A stretch of DNA of 64,000 nucleotides from Sphagnum compactum (taxonomy: Eukaryota). Positions 37,881 through 48,986 of the stretch are shown here, piece after piece (positions within the stretch are counted from its first letter, which is position 1; every line of letters starts with the position of its first letter). Where the stretch lies: the NCBI GenBank assembly GCA_965153455.1, contig OZ234493.1, positions 34,524,213-34,588,212 of the forward strand, read 5' to 3'. A program made the translations under genes and the position numbers. The notes under the pieces are model-generated. The model saw nothing but the letters and a program-made list of their open reading frames with translations, did not search any database and was not told where the DNA came from.

Positions 37881-40635
37881 CAAGTTAGGGATTTCAAAGT
37901 CAGTAACTGTGAAGTGCCTGGCTATGGGTGACTCTCTCTTAATTGATGCTGTCTCTTTTGATGTAGATACCCCTGTTAATTTGGAGCTCAAGTAAGTTTC
38001 TCCAGTCCTTATTTTTTGCAGACGTTTTTGGAAGCAGCAGAGCTATATAGAAACACACCAAAACAGTACTAACTTTTAGCAGAGCACCTTGCATCAAGAA
38101 CATTTGTTTTCAGGCTCAAGAACCTAGCTGATCTTTGGGTCACATTCAAATTTTTTTCCTTGACTTTGTAACTAAGCCCTAGAAGCAGTGATTGTCAGTT
38201 TTGTCCTTTTGATGCCAATAGCTATGTTTTTGTTGGTTGTCATTAAGTATTTCGCTGATAATATTGATGCACTAAGGAGACCATTGCGGACACTGAATTC
38301 TGTTGTTATGGGAGTTGTCACAAGGTATCAGATCTCACTGAACTTAATGTGAATCTGACAAATGGTTGAGTTTTTCAGGCCAAGAGAATTTGCTATTGAT
38401 GGAGGTGCAGCCAACTATGCTGAGCATACACTAATTTGCCAGGCTTGGTCGACCGTGTTCATTATTCCATCCTTTCAAAGCTTGCCCCACCACCTGTGAA
38501 ACCAAGCCCTGGCACAACTTCATCTAGCAGGTTAGTCTCTGGACAATTTTTTCTTTTGTTCCTCTTGACTATGATATATATGTTCAAGTTCCCGATAATG
38601 CTTTCCTCATGCTTTAACTATGGGTAGAGCACATGAGTTGAGAACATTTGCAAAATGTGAGCCCAAACTTGGCTATTGTGTCGTTCTAGGTCCCTTACTT
38701 TTGGAAATGCCCTTCACCCACTATATAGTCCAACACCTATCCAGTCCCTCTTTATCTCATTTAATCCTTGAGAGCGGCCGTTTTGTTTGGTTATGTGAAA
38801 CTGTGCGGACGTCGTTATTTTGGAACTATAGTTTATAGTTGTAATTTTGTAATATGTACCATCAAATACACACACACCTAAATATAGTGAGGGCGTGGTT
38901 TTCCCATGTCCGTCATCCATCCCGTCATCCAACCGGACGGACATTCCCTCCATCCGTCCGACCCGTCCATCCATCCGTCCCGTCATCCATCCATGGATGG
39001 CATCATACAGGGAAGAAAACCCTGGCAGAAATAAATAACCCCCCCCCCGCCCCCAGCAGTTTTAGGTGCATGTTTGATTTATTTTAAAACACACCTATGC
39101 ATTAGGCACGGGGCACAAACTTGCCCGGCCCTAGGGGGGGCACCCCCAAGATTTATTGTACAGAGGACGTGGTCTTCTTCTTTTCATTTTCTTTTTCGTT
39201 CTCTGTTTTCGGTGTTTTTTTTTTGGTTTATAATAATAATAATAAAATCGAAAAATGAAAAATAATCATATATATATATAAAGTTTTAATTTTTTAATTC
39301 ATCCATCCCATCAGCCGTCTATTTAAGCCGGACGGGGATGGATGTCTATTTAAGCCGGATGGGGTGGGTTAGGACCGGCAAAGACCCACCAATTTTAGGT
39401 GCATGTTTGATTTATTTTAAAACACACCTGTGCATTAGGCACGGGGCACAAACTTGCCTGGCCCCAAGGGGGGCACCCCCAAGATTTATTGTACAGAGGA
39501 CGGGGTGTTTTTCTTTTCATTTTCTTTTTCGTTCTTTGTTTTCAGTGTTTCTTTTTGTTTATAATAATAATAATAAAATAGAAAAATGAAAAATTATCTT
39601 ATATATATATATAAAGTTTTAATTTCTTAATTCATCCATCCTCGTCTGGCTTATTTTTTAATTCATCCATCCCGTCAGCCGTCTATTTAAGCCGGACGGG
39701 GATGGATGTTTATTTAAGCCGGATGGGGTGGGTTAGGACTGGCAAAGACCCACCAATTTTAGGTGCATGTTTGATTTATTTTAAACACACACCTGTGCAT
39801 TAGGCCTTTCTTACTATTCTATTCATAAAGAGAACAGACACACGTACAGGTGCGCACGCAAGAGAGCAGATGATCAAAAAAGACGGCGAGCAAGACAGTA
39901 AGGATGGCAATTCCGGCTATTTAGATTCTCAAAGAAAACAGACATACGTGCATGCACGCACACACACACACACACAAACACAGATTGAAAAGGTCGCGAG
40001 AGGTTGTCGTCTACTGCATCTGTGGCACACGTCTGATAGGGCTAGCAACAGTGTGTACAAGTGTTGGTGGGATGGTGCACTTGATGATGCAACCCTGCAC
40101 TTACACTTTACATTGGCTTTAGCGGCTCTGCTTCAGCGAATATTGGGTGCCTGTTCTGGTGGTCAGGTACTTCACCATAATCTATTCTCTTTGCACGTCA
40201 TTGGCTTCAGCGGCTCTGCTTTAGCGGGTGTTGGGTGCATGGGCAGTTGTGATTCCTCTGTTGACCTTCAGCTGTAACCTTCCACAGTTGGAATCACTGC
40301 CCATCTGGATCCTTACACGTCCAGATGGGCAACGAATTCCTGTCTGCGCCTTTGTAGGCACCTTTAGCAGTTTAGTTAGTTAGTTAGTTGTTCAATCAAT
40401 CGTCTGCCATGCTGCAAAATGGGTCCCCTATAGTACATGGTCAGCTTTAACACATAGTCTGTTGAAGATGTTGTACCTAACTGAAGGATGACTTTTAGTT
40501 TAGCTTTAGATCATTGAGAGCTTTGCGAACTTTCCATTAATCTTAAATCATCTGGATTTGATAGGGATTTACAAATTAATTTCTGTGTAACCTTGACCTT
40601 CCTCGAAGAATGCAGGAGAAACCCCTCGCCCCAAG

Positions 40636-43600
40636 ATGCTCGAATTGTTTGGAGATGGAGATGCGTCAGCTCAAGGCACGTCAGAATCTGCACATGAACG
40701 TCGCAATCGCCTACAGAGAGAACGTTGCAATCGCCTACAGAGAGCACGACGTGCTAAACAACGTGAACAACCTTCTTTTCGCAATGACGCATTACAATTG
40801 TTTGGAGACGAAGATGTGTCAGTTCAAGGCACGTCAGAATCTGCACATGAACGTCGCAATCGCCTACAGAGAGAACGGCGTGCTAACCAACGTGAACAAC
40901 ATTCTTTTCGCAATGATGGATTACAATTGTTTGGAGACGGAGATGCGTCAGCTCAAGGCACGTCAGAATCTGCACATGAACGTCGCAATCGCCTACAGAG
41001 AGAACGGCGTGTTAAGTAACGTGAACAACCTTCTCTTCGCAATGACGCATTACAATTGTTTGGAGACGGAGATGCGTCAGCCCCGGGACAATGGGATTGT
41101 GGAGAAATGGACACAATATGTGGATTCTGCTGCGCGAAAATGTGGATCAAAGACCCAAACTCGACGAACAACAACCCACAATTTTCTCTGTGTTGCGAGA
41201 ATGGCAAAGTTCTGTTGCCGAATCTTCCTGCAACACCGCAAGAGTTGGAAGTTCTTTTAACCAGCAAAGAAAGTAGTGCTGTCAAATTTCGAGATCAGAT
41301 TCGCATGTACAATTCGGTGTTGGCATTCACTTCGCTCGGTGCCAAAGTTGATGAGTTGGTAACAGGAGGGCCTGGACCGTACTCCTTTCGCATTCAAGGT
41401 GAACTTTATCACAAAATCGGATCCCTATGTCCTGCCGAAGGACAATGGCCACAGTTTGCACAACTGTACATTCATGATACGAAACACGAACATCAAAACC
41501 GGCATGCTGTTATGCCCTTGCTTGATCCAACGACGTTGGATCGGTTGTTGACCATGATGTACAATATCAATCCCTATGTCAAAGTGTTCAAAATGGCAAG
41601 GGATATGATGGCAACAGAAGGTGTTCCCATGGATTTGAAATTGCGTCTCATTGCCTCTCGAACAAAGGATGCCCGTCGATACAATGTGCCGACGGCCGAT
41701 GAAGTCGCTGCATTGATGGTAGGAGATGGTTCTGAGGCTGTAGACAGACGTGACGTTGTCCTTGCTCAGCAAGTTGGCCCGTTTCAGCGCATTTTTGAAC
41801 TACATGTCGGATACATGGCTCTACATTATCCGTTGCTATTTCCTTACGGTGAGGATAGATGGCATCCGAATATTCTGGTCAATGGTGTTGTTGCTGATGC
41901 AGATTTGGATGAAGACCATGCGAGAGAATCTGAGCTTCAAAGAAAACATTGCAATGTGACAATGGCAGAATTTTATGGTTATCGGCTTCAACATCGAAAC
42001 ACCGATGGCATTGCGTTGCTTCGGGGTGACCGATTGCGGCAACAATACATTGTGGATGCTTATGCGGCTATCGAACAAAATCGCTTGAAGTATCTACGCT
42101 TGAATAAAAAAAAACTTCGCGTGGATCTTTATCAAGGCCTTCAAGACGCCATCGCTGCAGTGACACTAGCGCTGCTGCCATCGGACAGAGGATCATTCTG
42201 CCATCTTCTTTCATAGTAGGTCCACGTCACATGGTTCAGAATTATCAAGATGCCATGGCAATCTGTAGATGGGCCGACTGCCCGGATGCGTTTGTTACAT
42301 TCACTTGCAATCCCCAATGGCTTGAAATCAAGAAAGCGTTGCTACTCGGACAACAACCTCAGGATCGACCCGATTTGGTAACCCGAGTGTTCAAAATCAA
42401 GCTGAAGGAATTGATCAATGACATTCACAAGAACCATGTTCTGGGACGCACGATTGCAGGAATCTATGTCATTGAATTTCAAAAGCGTGGGCTACCGCAT
42501 GCACACATTCTCATCTTCTTTACCAAAGACTGCAAACCACACACGGTCGAGGATGTGGACCGCATGATCAGTGCTGAACTTTCGAATTCAGAAACAAACA
42601 AGTTGGCCCACGAGACGGTTGCCAGATGCATGATGCATGGTCCATGTGGAGCTGCGTTTCTAAATGCCCCGTGCATGGAAGAAGGCAAATGCAAAAAACA
42701 ATATCCACGCAAGTTCCAATCCGAGACGCTGACGGATGTAAACGGATACCCTATTTATCGGCATAGAGATACGGGGCACACAGTTTTTGGTTCATGGCAT
42801 TGAATTGGACAATCGTTGGGTGGTACCGCACAATGTCTATTTATCGACCAAATACGATGCGCACATCAACGTTGAAGTCTGCAACAATATTCGTGCAGTC
42901 AAATATCTATTCAAGTACGTATATAAAGGACATGATCGTGCAACTATTGAGATCTCACGCCAGAGCGATAATGCCACCGAAGGGAATGTGGTCGAAACTG
43001 ATGAAATTAAGAAATATCTCGACTGTCGCTATGTATCTGCATCAGAGGCAGTATGGCGCATCTTCAAGTTTGATATGCATGAGCGGTTTCCTACCGTTGA
43101 GCGTCTGCAATACCATTTGCCCAATCAGCAAATGGTGCTGTTTGACGATGATGATGATGTGCAGGAAGTGGCAACACGATCAGCCATTTCTAGAACGATG
43201 CTCACAGAATGGTTCAAAACAAACCAAGAATCGGAAGTTGCACGAAGCTTTACATTCGATCAATTCCCTCAGCAATGGGTGTGGAATCGGAAGTTGAAGC
43301 GATGGACAATGCGCAAGAGAGGTTTTGCCATTGGTCGCATGTATTATGCACACCCGACATCGAGTGAACGTTATTATTTGCGAATGTTGCTGAACTGTGT
43401 CAAAGGTGCCACATCCTACGAGCATTTGCGGACAATGGATGGCAGAGAGCACGACACATTCAAAGATGCATGCATTGCAATGGGTTTGCTTGCAGACGAT
43501 AATGAATGGCATCAAGCCTTGGAAGAAGCTGGTGTTTGGGCCTCAGGACGACAACTGCGTGACATGTTTACCTCCATGTTGATGTTTTGTGAGGTCACGA

Positions 43601-45348
43601 ATCCGAGACAGCTATGGGATGCACATTGGGAGTCTTTGAGCGATGACATTGAAGCAATGACACGTTGCGAGCGTGCTGATCCAACTGTTACCCTTTCTGA
43701 GGATGCGCTAAAGGATCATGCATTGTATGAGATCGATCAGGTTCTCATGCGCAATGGACACCGCCTGGAAGATTTCGCAACGCTTCCCAAGTCTAATTAC
43801 ATCCCTTCTGTTCATGGAGGAAACCGATTGGTCGAAGAAGAGTTAGCTTATGATCAACATTCATTGACCCTAGATGCAGACAATGCAGAAGATAGGCTCA
43901 ATGGTGATCAGCGCAACGCATACGAAACTATTTTGAATGCCGTGACAAACAAAGAGGGCAAACTATTCTTTGTGTATGGCAGTGGTGGGACCGGCAAAAC
44001 ATTTGTTTGGACAACATTTCTGTCTCGTCTACGAGGGTAAGGCAAAATTGTGCTTGCAGTTGCCTCATTAGGAATTGCATCTTTGTTGCTTTCGGGCGGC
44101 AGAACCGCCCATTCAAGATTCAAGATTCCGATTGATCTCCACGATGAGTCAACTTGCAACATCACACAACAGATGAAAGTGGCCGAGTTGGTGCGTAAAG
44201 CTGATCTGATCATTTGGGATGAGGCACCAATGATGCATCGTCGAGCTTTTGAAGCTGTTGATCGCACCCTACGTGATTTGATGCAATTGGATGACGCACA
44301 GGCAACCGAGAAAATCTTTGGTGGGAAAACCATGGTCCTTGGTGGGGATTTTCGACAGATCTTGCCTGTTGTTCCCAAGGGGGGACGAGAAGACATTGTC
44401 AGTGCTTCGTTGCCTCGATCGCATCTTTGGCAGCATGTTACAATTCTTCGTCTTCATATCAACATGCGAATCATGGCAACCAATTCTGAAGAGCAGCGAG
44501 AGTTTACCAAATGGGTGTTGAATGTTGGGGATGGTAATCTTCCTCCCATTGGAAAAGAAGAAGGTGTCGATCCAGATTGGATCAAGATTCCATCCCATAT
44601 GAAGTTGCCAGCAGAAGATTACAGCTTAAGAGGATTAATCCGAACCATCTATCCGCATCACCAGTGCCACTCTGGAGATGCCATGTATCTTATGCAACGC
44701 AGCATTCTAGCCCCCAAGAATATTGATGTTGATGAAGTCAACAATGCAATTTTAGAATCGCTATCTGAAGAATCGCACACATACCTCAGTGCAAATTCTT
44801 TGACTCCAACAGAAGAAGGTGCAAGTGTTGCTGCAGGAGTTTCAATGGATTCATTATATCCGGTGGAATTTTTAGACACTTTGCAATTTAGCGGTATCGC
44901 AAATCATGAGCTGGAACTCAAAGTGGGTGTGCCAATCCTTTTGTTGCGTAATCTCAATCAATCAATAGGATTGTGCAATGGTACGAGGTTGATTGTCAAA
45001 AGATTGGGTCAGCGTGTCATTGAAGCGGAAATCATCACAGGAAACAATGTCGGCAAACGTGTGTTCATACCTCGCATCATCATGTCCCCCTCTGGGACTG
45101 ATTGGCCATTTGTTTTGCGTCGTCGTCAATTTCCAGTTCAAGTGGCATTTGCGATCACAATCAACAAGAGTCAAGGTCAAACATTCAACAACGTTGGGGT
45201 ATATTTGCCGTCTCCGGTCTATTCCCATGGTCAGCTCTATGTTGCTATTTCACGGGTCACAAGTAGTGCAAACATCAAGATTTTCAACGGCCAGGGTCCC
45301 GATAGATACATGCGGAATGTGGTATATAAAGAGGTTTTGGAAATGTAG
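40636..45348 (+). pseudogene. Helitron RepHel transposase (Zn finger, HUH Rep, PIF1 helicase) with 4 visible lesions
   Basis: CGFCC..CCENGKV; FVTFTCNP; IEFQKRGLPHAHIL (HUH); [62 protein letters not shown]. Stops at 41017-19 and 44038-40; frameshifts near 42160 and 42785. Confidence 0.96.
40640..41080 (+). repeat. 129-bp (43-aa) in-frame tandem repeat at the RepHel N-terminus, ~3.5 copies
   Basis: TTACAATTG at 40792, 40921 and 41050; encodes LQLFGDGDASAQGTSESAHERRNRLQRERRANQREQ.SFRND. Confidence 0.92.
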
Positions 45349-45599
45349 TTGGTAGGTGTAATTTTGTAATATGTATCGTCAAATGCACAAGCAAAAATGG
45401 ATTCATACTAGATTTTTTATTTAAAATAAACAAAGTAACTACGACACCAATATCATTGAGCATCATTTTGTAATATGTACCGTCAAATACACACACCTGT
45501 GCATTATGCACGGGGCTCAAATTAGTCTATAGTAAAGGAACAATGAAGCCTCCCCTGAAGCCGTGCGAATGAAGCTTCCCCTAAATCTGTCCGGCCTTA

Positions 45600-46052
45600 A
45601 ATATAGCGAGGGCGTGGCTTTCCCATGTCCGTCATCCGTCCCGTCATCCAACCGGACGGACGGTCCGGACGGACATGTAGCAATCGACAGTAGCGAAGTA
45701 TACCGAGGGCGTGGCTTTCCCATGTCCGTCATCCGTCCCGTCATCCAACCGGATGGACATGTAGCCACCGACAGTAGCTAAGTATACCGAGGGCGTGGCT
45801 TTCCCATGTCCGTCATCCGTCCCGTCATCCAACCGGACGGACGGTCCGGACGGACATGTAGCGACCGACAGTAGCGAAGTATACCGAGGGCGTGGCTTTC
45901 CCATGTCCGTCATCCGTCCCGTCATCCAACCGGATGGACATGTAGCCACCGACAGTAGCTAAGTATACCGAGGGCGTGGCTTTCCCATGTCCGTCATCCA
46001 ACCGGACGGACGGACATGTAGCCACCGACAGTAGCTAAGTATACCGAGGGCG
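45600..46052. repeat. Second copy of the Helitron 5'-subterminal minisatellite, units alternating 97/84 bp
   Basis: GTGGCTTTC at 45614, 45711, 45795, 45892 and 45976. Confidence 0.95.
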
Positions 46053-48767
46053 GTTTAGGGTTACTTGAATGTTAGGTCAGGTTTCTGTAGGACGGCGGTA
46101 AGGTCCCAAAAGGATTGTCGTCTTCCTCAGGATGGTAGTAGCTTCCTTCGGCTGATGGAACCGGGGTGCGATGAGAAGATGAAGGATGTGTGTTATATTG
46201 TGTACATGTGCTGTGTTTGTTACTTTTGCTTTGTAGATGTGTTTGGTGTTTCTTTTGGCAAGTTTTGAGCGCAGCGTTTCGTTGAGGATGCGTGAAGCTT
46301 ATCCCTCTACTGAGTTGCTGATGTGTTGCGGTGAACCGTTGTGCTGCTGAATAAGAAGCCGACTTGGAGGTCTTCAAAGTGACGGCTGATTGAGGGAGAC
46401 AGGTTCTATGTTTCTGTTCAAAACCATTGGTTTTATCGGATGTGTCACAGCTGCGTAGCATGCAGTGTAAGTGAATTGGAACTCTTTTAATTCTGCTACG
46501 CAAGTTCTCTCTTCATCTGCAAAAACAAGTAATAATAAAAAGGAATGAGGCATGGATATGATGAAGAGGTCAGGTTTAAGGCGAGGACGAGAACTGTAAT
46601 CAAGTTCTGGTCATGTGGGAAATGTTCAGTGTTGTCATGTTCTGTTTCTTAAAGTGCTGTTTGCAAGTTTGGTGATGTTAAGAAGAACCAACTTTATGTC
46701 TGTTGTGAAGTATGCTGCAGTACAATTGCCGAGAAACAGGTCTGTGTCATGAACAAACGCTGTTTAGGTCTGAGTCTATGAAAATGGGATGCACAGTATC
46801 AATCCAACCAGAGTGGGAATTATGTGGGTTGTTAAGTGATGTGTAATCTTCAAAGTGTGTAGGCGAGACTGTGCCTGCCAAATGTGAATTGAAGATTAGT
46901 CTCATTTCAAGAGTATTGAGGTTCAATTCGAATGATGTGTTGAATGCCAATGCTATTTATGTTCATGCTGTGAAACAACCCATGTATTGTTGAAAGGTGG
47001 ATAAGAAGTTGAATTAATTCAGTGAGTGTTCAGTCAAGAAAATGGGTGAAGGAACAGTGACAAATAGCTCATTTTGTGCAAGTGTCTGAGGAAAATTGAG
47101 AAATGTGTTGTATCTCTAGAAATTTTAGATCGTCCACTGTAGAGGAGTTCCATTGGCAAGCAGCTATCTGTTCGTGAAGGACTTTATTACGAAGTTGCAA
47201 GTTACTCTCATTGGGTGGTCAGTGAGTTCCAAACCCCACCACCAGAACACTTCCAAACTCTCCAGGGTCCCTCTGACATGTTTCTTCACTTCAGCTGAAG
47301 TGGTTCAGTGAATCCTGTGTTTTGTTTTTGTTTGGCATTAGGCCAAAGGCTTTTCTGGATCACCACTGCAGCATGGTGAGCAAACAGACAAAACAATATT
47401 ACATATAGTAAAGGACGTCGGGATGAAAAATGAAGCTTCCCCTGAATCCGTCCCGTCGTCCATCCGTCCCGTTGTCCCTTTAGAAAATTGGGTCAATTTC
47501 TGGAAGTACATACATACCTGTGTACTCCAATGAGTGCTTACATTTTATTTTTCTCTGGTGGGTGGAAAGTCACTTATTATTTATGAAAAACCCATCTTCC
47601 TTAGAATTATTATTATTATTGTTGTACTTCCCAGCTTCCCAACTGACTGTGAGTTAAGCATTGAGTTTAGAGCCTAAGTGGATTTAAATGAAGTTCAAGT
47701 AAGAAAAAAATTATGCCATAACTCAATGGGAGGAGGGAGGGATTTAAGATTTTGCATTAGCCCATCCCCTTCCCTCCTCACCTCTCAAACGCTCATCAAT
47801 CCCACCTACTGAAAGCCAACTACAAAACAAAAGTAGATAAATGGCCAGGGGAGAGACCAAGCAACAACCTCCATAGCTCTTCACAAACATCCAAAAAAAT
47901 ACAAACAAGTGGGGGGGTTGGGGGGGGGGGCAAGTGAGCTTGATGCTTAGTGGCTCTCCCCTTACCATGAGTTCAAAGTTCAAATCAGCAACAATTAAGC
48001 TGATTTGTTCCATAGAAAATGTTCCATAAAGTTCTCCAAAAATGAACTCCCAATTCATATTTCATAGTAACACCTGATAATTATATATATAATTTATTTA
48101 TTTTTATTTTTTTTGTTGCCAAGTGATGAAAATTCACCAGAAACAAAAATGTTGCTGAAGAACATTCCTCAAAACACGAGACCAAATGAAAACTACATAT
48201 ATCACACAATTCACACGGGAACATGACCTTTTGAACATTCCTCTCAAAATGTGAGACCAAATGAAAACTATAGTTTACAAAGAAATGGAACCATATGAAG
48301 AGGTCCTAGAGTCTGGCATTTTATTTGGGCATTGAGTTTAAAATAATGGTGCCTGGAACTGATTTGGGAGGGATGGCAAGTGCAGGAACTTGGTGGCATT
48401 GGAGCACCAACATTTCAAGTTCTTGATCCTGAAGGCAAATCTGTTGCCATTTTATGGGGCCAAGATCGGCTGAACATTGTTGCTGATCTTCTTTGTGGCT
48501 GGCGCCCTAGGCTCGGTTGCAGATCACTGGGTCCACATGCTTCCACAACTTCTAAACTCTTCTCCAAGTCAAAACTTGAAAAGGCGTGGGTGTAGCAAAA
48601 GAGCAGGCGCGCTCTTGAAGGGAATGGAGCAGCAGTTGTGGTTTGGTGGATCTCACAGCCAGCCAGGTGAAGAGAGATGGAAGGAGTGGTGGTGGCTATG
48701 CTTCTTCTTCTTCTCTCGGATCCGAGTGCTTGGAGAAATCCAGGTTGATCCTGCTATGTTTTTGCAG

Positions 48768-48986
48768 ATACCCATCTCCTGCAATCCACGAATCCCATCG
48801 CCACACCTGGATTTCGAATCAACCACACCTCAAGCAAGTGTATGACACTGCAATCAACCAGAAGAAGGAGCTTGCAGCATACAAGATCCAACATGCTGAG
48901 GAAGGTCAAAACGTGAAAACAACTGAACTTGCAGAACAGGATGAGACAAACAGAATCCCTGCATCTGAGTCAGTGGAGCAATTGGG
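48768..48986 (+). pseudogene. Probable Helitron-captured host exon, family not identified
   Basis: TTTTTGCAG|...|GTAAG, 219 nt, open frame YPSPAIHESHRHTWISNQPHLKQVYDTAINQKKELAAYKIQHAEEG... Confidence 0.5.

Noticed and set aside
40610-41260. 216-aa ORF as an independent gene
   Set aside because: An alternative frame over the 129-bp RepHel repeat; it stays open because of the repeat periodicity.
46250-47200. Possible Helitron-borne RPA70-like (OB-fold) gene on the minus strand (FTYTACY, NTSFELNLN)
   Set aside because: Only faint motif resemblance with several stops; it cannot be supported without an HMM search.
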